A DNA stretch of 64,000 bases from an uncultured Alphaproteobacteria bacterium (GTDB lineage: Bacteria; Pseudomonadota; Alphaproteobacteria; Rhizobiales; Xanthobacteraceae), in NCBI GenBank assembly GCA_963811795.1, contig CAWESR010000001.1:13344-77343 (forward strand). The letters run 5' to 3'. Shown in pieces: positions 45,701 to 55,216 of the stretch. Each line of letters starts with the position of its first letter. The first letter of the stretch is position 1. A program made the translations under genes and the position numbers. Below the pieces are notes generated by a model. The model searched no databases. It was not told where the DNA came from and saw only the letters and a list, made by a program, of their open reading frames with translations.

Positions 45701-45931
45701 ATGACAAAAATGTCAATATCCCCTGCGCAATGCCGGGCCGCCCGTGCCTTGATCGATATGGGGCAGGCTGACTTGGCGGCAGCGGCTGGCGTGTCGCGGA
45801 ATGTCATTGTCGATTTTGAAAAGGGACGCCGCACACCACATCAAAACAATCACGCTGCGATCCAACACGTATTGGAAAAAGCAGGTGTTGAATTCACGGG
45901 TGGTGCGAAACCAGGCGTGCGATTGAAGTAG
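45701..45931 (+). CDS. XRE-family helix-turn-helix regulator
   Basis: ISPAQCRAARALIDMGQADLAAAAGVSRNVIVDFEKGRR, LEKAGVEF...GVRL. Confidence 0.85.
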   Translation: MTKMSISPAQCRAARALIDMGQADLAAAAGVSRNVIVDFEKGRRTPHQNNHAAIQHVLEKAGVEFTGGAKPGVRLK

Positions 45932-45966
45932 GACTGAAAAGCTACTCGCTACGCTTGGTCCAGTAA

Positions 45967-47277
45967 CTATTGACTTGGGTTTTGGGAGGGCGATTTTTCA
46001 ACTAATTGCGCAGAAGGTTGCCCCATCTTCGCAGGAGAGATTTGAGCGATGGCCGTTTCGGCTAATTCTCGCACTTGAATGGCAAAATTTGGTACAGACC
46101 TAAGTGCTTCTTTTACTAGACTAGAATTTGCGAATTCATTCCATGGACTGCCATGGTTTTCTGTTTCCACCAAGCGAAGAGGAAGTTCGTCAAGTCGAGT
46201 GAGTGCAGAATTGAGGAGCCGAGCTTCCATTTCTTTGTCAATCCGAGCTGCCTCACGGCGAAAGCCCTCATACGCACGGGCAATAGATGCCTTAAAGGCG
46301 TAGTCTTCGGAAAGTTTGAACCGTTGACCGATCTGTTTAGTCGATAGCCAAGCAAACCAAACTGGGGCGCCAACCGAGAGTATAGACAAAATCAAATTCG
46401 GAATGATCATCGATGCAGATAGGTTTGGATCTTTAAACAATTCGACCAAAATTTGAAGACGCCCGATTCCGAAAAAGCTGGCCGCAGCAAGAGAGCTAAT
46501 TAATCCGGCGACCCATATCCACATCGATGTTGAAAGACTTGAGGAACGCTCGGTGAATGCAGCGGCTAACCCCACACTTGTTGCTGCTGAGTAGGCGGTT
46601 TCACAATTCCTGAGCACTGCTTTTGCTTCATTGGCGCTTTGGTTAAGCTGTTTATCGAGTTCTTCCGCCTGCTCGCGAATTCCAAGAAGACGACCTTGGT
46701 CCTTTGTTGCCTCCTGAACAATCTTATCGACCTTTTGCTTTGCCTCGGCCAATGACTCTAAGTCAGTCGGAAGTTGGTCGGCTGCATTGTACGCACGCTC
46801 AATCGCATCAACCATCGTGGTCATAGATGCAGCGCGAGGTTCAAGCCCTGTCACTCGCGCTTCTAACCCACGAATTTGCTCTGTCAATTTTCGGAGTTTA
46901 GCGATCGCTTCTCTCCGTCTGTCTCGATTTAAAACAGGTGCAAGCGCCTTCCGAAGGCCTTCCAATGTGAACATGTAAGTCGGTACGGCAACCGCCGCAC
47001 TGCCCCACAAGTTAGGAATTGTATTCTGGTGGAGATGTTGAAGGCGGCGGATATAGTCAGTCAGCTTCGCTTCGTGCTCTCCAACCTCATCGGGGCCATC
47101 ATCTCTGATCAGGTCGATTATTGACTGCGCTTCGGCAATTAGCTCGGCACGATTTAAGCCCGGAAAACTCCAGTTGTTGTGTGCGTTGCCGAATGGTTCG
47201 TCACTTGGAACAACAGAGCGTAATTGATTGATGACTGCATCAAGTTGTTGATGAATACTTATGAGTGATTGATGCAT
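45967..47277 (-). CDS. hypothetical coiled-coil protein with two C-terminal-half transmembrane helices
   Basis: 436-aa ORF with lower GC; heptad-rich middle, TM segments WIWVAGLISSLAAASFFGI and LILSILSVGAPVWFAWL, then EDYAFKAS. Confidence 0.8.
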   Translation of the reverse strand: MHQSLISIHQQLDAVINQLRSVVPSDEPFGNAHNNWSFPGLNRAELIAEAQSIIDLIRDDGPDEVGEHEAKLTDYIRRLQHLHQNTIPNLWGSAAVAVPTYMFTLEGLRKALAPVLNRDRRREAIAKLRKLTEQIRGLEARVTGLEPRAASMTTMVDAIERAYNAADQLPTDLESLAEAKQKVDKIVQEATKDQGRLLGIREQAEELDKQLNQSANEAKAVLRNCETAYSAATSVGLAAAFTERSSSLSTSMWIWVAGLISSLAAASFFGIGRLQILVELFKDPNLSASMIIPNLILSILSVGAPVWFAWLSTKQIGQRFKLSEDYAFKASIARAYEGFRREAARIDKEMEARLLNSALTRLDELPLRLVETENHGSPWNEFANSSLVKEALRSVPNFAIQVRELAETAIAQISPAKMGQPSAQLVEKSPSQNPSQ

Positions 47278-47409
47278 TTTCCACCATAGTGATCAAAGTA
47301 AAACTAATAGGTGAGGGCTTTTAAGAATTGTATTTTAATACATAGCTCGTCTACCTTAGCTCGCATTCACCCTTCACGATCACCTCACCGCGCGCGATAT
47401 CGGCTGCCC

Positions 47410-47529
47410 TCACGAACACTCCGTCGTGCTGCCACACGCGGTGCACTTCATGCAGGTGCCGTTGCGCACAAGGGTGAAGTTGCCGCACTCGGAGCACAGA
47501 TCCCCCTCGTAGGCTTTCGCCTTCGCTTC
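47410..47529 (-). repeat. direct repeat, copy 2 of the nrdJ 3' end
   Basis: 103/120 nt identical to 48200-48319 by manual ungapped alignment. Confidence 0.93.
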
Positions 47530-48189
47530 CTTGTCTAATCTTTGTTGCTCGATATCCAAGCTGGTAATTTTAGCGCCGCCTTTTTTCGCATTTTCAAGAA
47601 AGCTGACAATACTTTTTGGTAGAGGACGTGGAAGATTGTGAGCGCGTCGATAAAGTCGTTGAAGCTCCTCGAGTTTAATTTCTGCGGCCCTCGTGCTAAG
47701 TCCAAAACGATCAGCAAGATCGCTGGCATGTGCGAGTAATGGATTTCCTGCCAAATAAAGTGGAGCGAGAAATGCCGCCGCGAATTTATCAGCGTCGCTT
47801 TCGTCCCGCATTATCGAAGGTGCGATTTTCTCAATCGGCCGGCCAGATATGTTGCGGTGACGAGTTTTCTTATGTCCAAAAACGACATGGCCTAACTCGT
47901 GAGCAATTGTGAAGCGCGCGCGTTTCGTTGCCGGATTCTGGTCAATAACTTCATTTGCTGCTACGAATGTACTCTCGCGAAGGCGCATTATTCGTCTGTC
48001 AGGATCGAATGCTCCGAGATCCTCTGGCATTTTATGGTCGGGGACTTTTTCGTAGCTGGCAATCATCCCGAGTTGCTGGAGCTTGAATAAGACCGTGACC
48101 ATATCTGGCTGCAACTGGTGTTCAATGCCCAGTTTTCGCCGAGTAGCTCGCGCAACTTCTTCAAAATCTTCGTCTTCGCGATGTCTCAT
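47410..48189 (-). CDS. ImmA/IrrE (M78/DUF955) family metallopeptidase fused to a copy of the NrdJ C-terminal Cys-rich tail
   Basis: [10 protein letters not shown] (HEXXH), [12 protein letters not shown]; ends [39 protein letters not shown]; ATG at 48189 with RBS gaagggg. Confidence 0.88.
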   Translation of the reverse strand: MRHREDEDFEEVARATRRKLGIEHQLQPDMVTVLFKLQQLGMIASYEKVPDHKMPEDLGAFDPDRRIMRLRESTFVAANEVIDQNPATKRARFTIAHELGHVVFGHKKTRHRNISGRPIEKIAPSIMRDESDADKFAAAFLAPLYLAGNPLLAHASDLADRFGLSTRAAEIKLEELQRLYRRAHNLPRPLPKSIVSFLENAKKGGAKITSLDIEQQRLDKEAKAKAYEGDLCSECGNFTLVRNGTCMKCTACGSTTECS

Positions 48190-48199
48190 TGTTGCCCCT

Positions 48200-48319
48200 T
48201 CACGAACACCCCGTCGTGCTTCCACACGTGTCGCACTTCATGCAGGTGCCGTTGCGCACCAGGGTGAAGTTGCTGCATTCCATGCACATGTCGCCCTCGT
48301 AGCCTTTGGCCTTTGCTTC
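48200..48319 (-). repeat. direct repeat, copy 1 (native nrdJ 3' end)
   Basis: encodes [39 protein letters not shown]. Confidence 0.93.
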
Positions 48320-51300
48320 CGCGCGGCGTTCGGCTTTCTGATGGCGCTGGCTGCTGCGGCTGATCCGCCTTGCTCCAGCCTTGGGCTTCCAGCTTTTCGG
48401 TCGGAGAGAGTTCGCGCTCCGGCTCTGCGGTTTTCAGCGCGGTTGCGCCTTCGGCCACGTCACTGTGCCGCGCGGTCGCGCCGCTTGACGCAATCGCGGT
48501 GATGTTGCTGGCCGCGCGCGCATCAAGGTCCGCGCCGCCGCGCATCACCACGAGCTTGTCGGTGCGTGAGCGGGTGAGGCCCTTTGAGAGATATTTCGTC
48601 GCGGCGGCGTTGCTCTCTTCCGGAGCGCGGCCTTCCTCGACTCCCTTGCCAAGCGCGTCGAACTGTCCTTCGGACGGATCGACATGGGCGAGATCGAAGC
48701 GCGACATGTAGCTTACCGCGAGTTCGCGGAACACGTAGTCGAGGATCGAGGTCGCGTACTTGATCGAGTCGTTGCCCTGCACCGGACCCGCAGGCTCAAA
48801 GCGGGTGAAGGTGAAGGCATCGACGTATTCCTCCAGCGGCACGCCGTATTGCAGGCCGAGCGACACCGCGATGGCAAAGTTGTTGATGAAGGAGCGCAGC
48901 GCCGCGCCTTCCTTGTGCATGTCGATGAAGATCTCGCCGATGCGGCCATCGTCATATTCGCCGGTGCGCAAATAGACCTTGTGTCCGCCGACCACAGCCT
49001 TCTGCGTATAGCCCTTGCGGCGGTCCGGCAGCTTCTCGCGCTCGCGCATCACGACGATGCGCTCGATGAGTTTCTCGACGATCTTCTCGGACACCTGCGC
49101 GGTACGTGCCGCCATCGGCTTGTCGTAGAACGACTCGATCGCGTCATCGTCCTCCTCCTCGTCGGCAGATGAGCTGCGAATTCAGCGGCTGCGAGAGCTT
49201 CGAGCCATCGCGGTAGAGCGCGTTGGCTTTCAGCGCCAGTTTCCACGAAAGCAGGTAGGCGGATTTGCAATCCTCCACCGTGGCATCGTTCGGCATGTTG
49301 ATGGTTTTGCTGATCGCGCCCGAGATGAATGGCTGCGACGCCGCCATCATGCGGATGTGGCTTTCCACCGAGAGATAACGCTTGCCGATTTTGCCGCAGG
49401 GATTGGCGCAATCGAACACGTTGTAGTGCTCGGCCTTGAGATGCGGCGCGCCTTCCACCGTCATCGCGCCGCAGATGTGCACGTTGGCGGCTTCGATCTC
49501 GCGCTTGGTGAAGCCAAGGGCAGTGAGCAGGTCGAAGTTGGCGCGGTGAGGGCCTCGAGGCGATGCCGAGATTGTCGCGGATGAAATCTTCGCCGATCGT
49601 CCACCTGTTGAACACGAACTTGATGTCGAACGCAGTCGGCAGTGCCTTCTCGATCTTGGCAATCGATCTCGTCGGTGAAGCCTTTGGCCTTCAGCGTCGA
49701 ATGGTTGATGCCGGGCGCTTGCGCCAGCGAGCCGTGGCCGACTGCGTAGGCCTCGATCTCGGCGATCTCGCTCTCGCGATAGCCGAGCGTGCGCAAGGCT
49801 TCGGGCACGGCGCGGTTGATGATCTTCCAGTAGCCGCCGCCGGCGAGCTTCTTGAATTTCACCAGCGCGAAATCAGGTTCGATACCTGTGGTGTCGCAGT
49901 CCATCACCAGGCCGATGGTGCCGGTCGGCGCCACCACCGTGGTCTGCGCGTTGCGGAAGCCGTGTTGTTTGCCGAGTTCAAGCGCCTTGTCCCATGCGGC
50001 CTTGGCGTGCGTGACGATGTCGGCCTGCGGGCAGCTTGCATGATCGAGCGGCACGGGGCTGACTGACAGCGCTTCATAGCCCGAGGCCTCGCCATGCGCG
50101 GCACGGCGATGGTTGCGGATCACGCGCAGCATGTGGCTCGCGTTTTTCTTGTAGCCGGGAAGGTGCCGAGCTCCTGCGCCATTTCGGCGGAGGTTTTATA
50201 GGCAACGCCGGTCATGATCGCGCTCAGCGCGCCGCACAGCGCGCGGCCTTCCTTCGAATCATAGGAAAGGCCCATGGTCATCAGCAGGCCGCCGATGTTG
50301 GCGTAGCCAAGGCCGAGCGTGCGGAATTCATACGAGAGTTCGGCAATGGCTTTGGATGGGAATTGCGCCATCATCACCGAGATTTCGAGCACGACAGTCC
50401 AGAGCCGGCAAAGATGCTCATAGGCTTCCACATCGAAGCGGCGTGCGGTCGATGTCGTAAAACGTCAGCAGGTTCGCCGAGGCGAGATTACATGCCGTGT
50501 CATCGAGGAACATGTATTCGGAGCAGGGGTTCGATGCGCGGATGTCGCCGGACGCCTTGCAGGTGTGCCAGTCGTTCATCGTGGTGTTGAAGTGCAGGCC
50601 GGGATCGGCGCTCGCCCATGCGGCGTAGCCAATCTTTTCCCACAGGTCGCGGGCCTTCAGCGTCTTCATCACCTTCTTGCTGGTGCGGCCGATCAAATTC
50701 CAGTCGCCGTCGGTCATCACCGCGCGCAGGAAGTCGTCCTTCAACGACACCGAATTGTTCGAGTTCTGGCCGGCGACGGTGAGGTAGGCTTCTGAATCCC
50801 AGTCGGTGTCGTAGGCATCGAACTGGATTTCGGTGTAGCCCTGCCGGGCAAACTGGATCACCCGCTTGATCATGCCGTCGGTGACCAATGCACGGCGCGC
50901 GAACTTGATCTCGCGGCGGAGTGCGGGGTTTTTCTCAGGATCGAAGCAGTCGTCGCCCGAGCCTTCGCAATTCACGCAGGCTTTCAGAATAGCCTTGAGG
51001 TGTTTCTGGTTGATCTTGGAGCCGGTGACGAGGGCTGCAACTTTCTGTTCTTCCTTCACCTTCCAGTCGATGTAGGTCTCGATATCCGGGTGATCCGCAT
51101 CGACGACCACCATCTTGGCCGCGCGGCGTGTGGTGCCGCCGGATTTGATCGCGCCCGCCGCACGGTCGCCGATCTTGAGGAAACTCATCAGGCCGCTTGA
51201 GCGGCCACCGCCGGATAGCTTTTCACCTTCACCGCGCAGACGGGAGAAGTTGGAGCCGGTGCCCGAGCCGTATTTGAACAGGCGCGCCTCGCGCACCCAC

Positions 51301-51950
51301 AGGTCCATGATGCCGCCCTCGTTGACGAGGTCGTCGTCCACGCCCTGAATGAAGCAGGCGTGCGGCTGCGGATGCTCGTAGGACGATTTCGACTTGGTGA
51401 GCTTGCCGGTTTTCCAGTCCACATAGTAGTGACCCTGTCCCGGTCCATCGACGCCGTAGGCCCAATGCAGGCCAGTGTTGAACCATTGTGGTGAGTTCGG
51501 CGCGACCATCTGCTTGGCCAGCATGAAGCGCAGTTCGTCATGGAAGGCGTGCGCGGCTTCTTCGGAGGTGAAATAGCCGCCCTTCCAGCCCCAATAGGTC
51601 CAGCAGCCAGCGAGGCGGTCGAACACCTGCTTTGACGACTGTTCGCTACCGAAGCGCTCAGATTCGGGCAGGGCGGCAAGCGCTTCGGTGTCTGGTACCG
51701 AGCGCCACAGCCATGACGGCACGGTCTCTTCCTCGACCTTTTTCAGAATCTTGGGAATGCCGGCTTTACGAAAATACTTTTGAGCGAGCACATCGGAGGC
51801 GACCTGCGACCAGAACTCAGGCACTTCAACGTCTGCAAGATGGAAGACCACCGAGCCGTCGGGGTTGCGAATTTCACTGGTTGTCAGGCGGAATTCGATT
51901 GCCGCGTAAGGTGACTGACCGTCTTTTGTATATCGCCGTTCGATTCGCAT
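48200..51950 (-). CDS. nrdJ: vitamin B12-dependent (class II) ribonucleotide reductase with TSCPD-type domain; at least 6 apparent frameshifts
   Basis: MRIERRYT start, [61 protein letters not shown]; indels near 50448, 50156, 49668, 49550, 49168, 48340. Confidence 0.93.
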
Positions 51951-52293
51951 CGTAGTGTCCCGTCAATTTGCCCCGGCGTCCGTTCACGGTACGCCAGCGA
52001 TTCCCATTTGCGAACGTATCCATTCGCTTTGGCCGGTATGTCCGGCCTGCCAACTCTGATGAGCAAAACACAGGACAAACCCGGTCTATGCTCCAACGCC
52101 CCAACTCGTAGTTTAGACACGAGGCACGTAAGCCCCGCGGTTTGCCCCACCCAAAACAAAAGCAGACACATCCTCTGTCCGTGGCCATTCCTGGCGCGAC
52201 GGAGGTGTCTCCTAAGCCCTTTTCGGGAATGCCCGGCGAGACTGAAGACTCCAGCGCCAAAGCAATCCAAAGCTAGGCTGACTCCATCCGACC

Positions 52294-52340
52294 CGTCAAG
52301 GTTTAGTATTAAATCCTGAATCAAACACTAAATATGGTGG
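52294..52340. promoter_or_regulatory. tandem NrdR boxes upstream of nrdJ
   Basis: acactaaatatggtgg (52325-52340) and cgtcaaggtttagtat (52294-52309), 31 bp apart, versus consensus acaCwAtATaTwGtgt. Confidence 0.7.
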
Positions 52341-52709
52341 AAAGTGAGAATTTCCAGCGGAAAAATCGACGCAGGGGCTGTTCACACTCCAGGAACTATC
52401 GGTGAAGTCTCTGCCGGATTCTGGAAGCCAATTTCTTTGCTTGAGCGAAATTCGCCATAGCTTCGACTTGTTCTTCCGGATTAGCGCTCTCCGGTATGCG
52501 GCTCATGCATTTTTTTGGGTGGTTTATCTGCCGCTCGGGTGATCTTTCTCCCCGTCATCCACATCAATGTACTCGCAACATAAGATCGGATCGGCCAAAC
52601 GTATCAATGGGGCACATCAAACCAAGTTGCTGCCCCCGCTGGACAATTAGTGTTTCCAGTGCCATCAAACAATGCCCGCGAGGGTTCACCTCACTGACCA
52701 GGTATTTCT

Positions 52710-53120
52710 ATGAAGCTGTTTTTCCTGCGCTTTTTTACATGGTGGAATGGCGCGACGTTCGGAACGCTGGTCTGGACCTGGCGATTTGGCGAACTGGTCG
52801 GGCAGGATGAAGGCGGCAACCGCTACTATCGTACGAAAGGCGGCAAGATCGATCCGGCGCTTGGGTTCGAACGGCGTTGGGTGATCTATAATGGTTATGC
52901 TGAGGCCAGTCGGGTTCCCCCTTCATGGCACGGCTGGTTGCACCACACGGTGGATGTTCCTCCAACTGCCGAGACTTATAAGTCGCGCGAGTGGGAGAAA
53001 TCCCACCAGCCGAACATGACCGGGACGCCCGCGGCTTACCGGCCACCGGGCTCGATCCTGGCTTCTGGCCAGCGCCCGAAGGCAACAGGCGATTATCAGC
53101 CCTGGACGCCGGGTCAGTAA
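52710..53120 (+). CDS. NADH:ubiquinone oxidoreductase NDUFA12-like protein
   Basis: GELVGQDEGGNRYY, RRWVIY, VPPSWHGWLH, PNMTGT, YQPWTP. Confidence 0.92.
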   Translation: MKLFFLRFFTWWNGATFGTLVWTWRFGELVGQDEGGNRYYRTKGGKIDPALGFERRWVIYNGYAEASRVPPSWHGWLHHTVDVPPTAETYKSREWEKSHQPNMTGTPAAYRPPGSILASGQRPKATGDYQPWTPGQ

Positions 53121-53135
53121 GTACGGGTCAGTAAG

Positions 53136-53843
53136 TCACAGCAACTGAAGATTTGGTGCGTCGATCCGCGCGGCTGCGCGTTTCACTGCATCCTCGCGGT
53201 GTTGTTTCCTTGCGACAAGGCGCTGATTTAGTCCTGCGAGTATCTCCGGTGCTACGGTGTCGGGAGATCCGGCATTGAAAGGTGGCTCAGGGTTGTATTC
53301 GAGCGAGAGCTGTATCGTCTCCGCTGTCCGCTGATTGGTGAGAATTGACGCAAGCTTCAGCGCAAAATCGATCCCTGCAGTTACGCCGCCCCCAGTCATC
53401 CTGTTGCGATCGATGCACACACGCTCCTTAGTCGGTATGGCGCCGAACAGCGGTAAAAGCTCCATCGCCGACCAGTGGGTCGTTGCGCGATAGCCCTGGA
53501 GTAAACCAGCCGCACCTAGCACAAGCGCGCCGGTGCAGACCGATGTGATAAATCGCGCGCCTGCGGCTTGTTTACGGATGAAATCAAGCGTTTCCTCGTC
53601 ATTGACGAGATCGTCGGTTCCACCCCCGCCAGGAATGCAGAGCACGTCCAGTTGTGGGCATTCTTCGAATGTCACTGTCGGCGGGAGCATCAAAACTGCG
53701 TCACTTGGCACTGGCGCCATATGTTTCGCAATCAGGTGAACCTTGGCTCCTGGCATGAGGGTGAAAACTTGCAAAGGGCCGGTGAGGTCGAGCTGTGTGA
53801 GATTCGGAAACAACAACAAGCCAATATGGAAAGAAGTAGACAT
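53136..53843 (-). CDS. DJ-1/PfpI family protein (InhA-like)
   Basis: LDLTGP, IPGGGG, SVCTGAL, ATTHW, GGVTAGIDF, EYNPEPPF. Confidence 0.9.
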   Translation of the reverse strand: MSTSFHIGLLLFPNLTQLDLTGPLQVFTLMPGAKVHLIAKHMAPVPSDAVLMLPPTVTFEECPQLDVLCIPGGGGTDDLVNDEETLDFIRKQAAGARFITSVCTGALVLGAAGLLQGYRATTHWSAMELLPLFGAIPTKERVCIDRNRMTGGGVTAGIDFALKLASILTNQRTAETIQLSLEYNPEPPFNAGSPDTVAPEILAGLNQRLVARKQHREDAVKRAAARIDAPNLQLL

Positions 53844-54081
53844 TCGACGCCCCCATGCTTGGTCATTACAACTGAAGCCGCCCTTTCTCTGCCGTAATCG
53901 CGGCGTTAACCGCTGGGCTTGCAGGTGACTTACTATCTAGGGAATGCTGTGAGTCCCGATTCGCTATACCGCATTGATTTGGATTTGCATGAATCCCAAT
54001 CATGAAAGTGGTTGTTTCTCATGATTTAGAGCATGATGTATCCGAAACCGTCTTGAACCGTCTCTTGCACTTTTCGGCGTC

Positions 54082-55023
54082 ATGCCCTTCAAACCGCGTA
54101 ACATGTTCCAAACCGCCGCCAAAACTTTGATCGCAGGTTGTCTTGCGGCGTTACTGATGCCGCTTACGGCACCCTCATATGCGCAAATCGGCAATATCTT
54201 TTCCGATCGTCCTCGCCCGCCCGTAGCTGTTCCGCGTGGTGGAGTGTTGCAGGATGAGGAAGAGGAGGAGGTGCCGGACTTGCCGGCGCAGGGACGGCTG
54301 TTGCCGACGCCTAATCGGCCGCCACCCGGTCAGGCTGTGCCGCCGCCCGGTGCAGTTCAATCTCAGCCTTTGCCGCCGCCGCCCGGTGCATCTCCGCAGG
54401 GCCAACCGCGTTTGCCAGGGCAGGGGCCGGATACTGCAAATGCGCCTTCGCAGGCAACGCCCTTGCCAGGACTACCGGCAGGTCAGCGACAACCACGCAG
54501 TGCACCACCTGCGCCAGCAACCTTGCAGCCCGGTGATGAAGTTGTGACTGAGCCGCCGGTCCAGAAAATCACGAACAAACATGCCGTGTTCTCGGGTTTG
54601 GACAAGATCACGGGGCGCATCATCAAATTTGATGCCGAGGTTGGAGAAACTGTGCAGTTCGGCGCATTACGCGTGAAGCCGCAGGCTTGCTATACGCGCC
54701 CTTCCACGGAGGCGGCCAACACCGACGCATTCATCGAAGTCGATGAGATCACGTTGCAGGGTGAGGTGAAGCGGATTTTCTCGGGCTGGATGTTTGCTGC
54801 CAGTCCTGGACTTCATGGTGTTGAACATCCGATCTATGACATCTGGCTGACAGAGTGCAAAAACCCGGACACTGCCGTTGCTACACAGGCAGATCAACAA
54901 AAGCCGGCAGCGCCACAAGTGCAGCAGAAGCGGCAACCGCCACCGCCACCCGCAAAACAACAGCCTGCGCCGCCACCGCGACCGCCGCTGCCACCTGCGA
55001 GTGGATTTCCGCCACCTCGCTAA
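54082..55023 (+). CDS. DUF2155 domain protein with Pro-rich linkers
   Basis: AVFSGLDKITG, FSGWMFAASPGL, EHPIYDIWL. Confidence 0.88.
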   Translation: MPFKPRNMFQTAAKTLIAGCLAALLMPLTAPSYAQIGNIFSDRPRPPVAVPRGGVLQDEEEEEVPDLPAQGRLLPTPNRPPPGQAVPPPGAVQSQPLPPPPGASPQGQPRLPGQGPDTANAPSQATPLPGLPAGQRQPRSAPPAPATLQPGDEVVTEPPVQKITNKHAVFSGLDKITGRIIKFDAEVGETVQFGALRVKPQACYTRPSTEAANTDAFIEVDEITLQGEVKRIFSGWMFAASPGLHGVEHPIYDIWLTECKNPDTAVATQADQQKPAAPQVQQKRQPPPPPAKQQPAPPPRPPLPPASGFPPPR

Positions 55024-55162
55024 GCCTTTTCACAGTTTGAATTTGGTCGTGGCCTGTTTTTCTCCTAGTGCGCCCCGATCGGAAGCGGAAAGTTATTGTA
55101 ATCGCCGGTGCGCGATCATGATTATTTGGGATGATTTTTCAAAATTGTTGACGATTTGTTGC

Positions 55163-55177
55163 GAACGAATCATGAAT
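55163..55177 (+). promoter_or_regulatory. candidate alphaproteobacterial LexA (SOS) box
   Basis: GAAC-gaatcat-GAAT, just downstream of a TTGACG -35-like hexamer at 55148. Confidence 0.45.
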
Positions 55178-55216
55178 ATTGCGGGTAGCACTACCCTTAA
55201 CTGTGAGACTCGAGTG

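Noticed and set aside
45326-48319. prophage or integrative element with att sites
   Set aside because: No integrase, transposase or phage genes are present; the repeats are 120 bp, diverged and protein-coding rather than short att cores.
48200-51950. nrdJ as a naturally split gene (nrdJa/nrdJb), an intein-containing gene, or a programmed frameshift
   Set aside because: The fragments join into one continuous NrdJ through single-base indels, with no internal RBS/start pairs, slippery sites or intein motifs; the pattern fits sequence error.
51951-52500. cobalamin riboswitch upstream of nrdJ
   Set aside because: I could not find a convincing B12-box or the other conserved riboswitch segments; NrdR boxes explain the regulation better.
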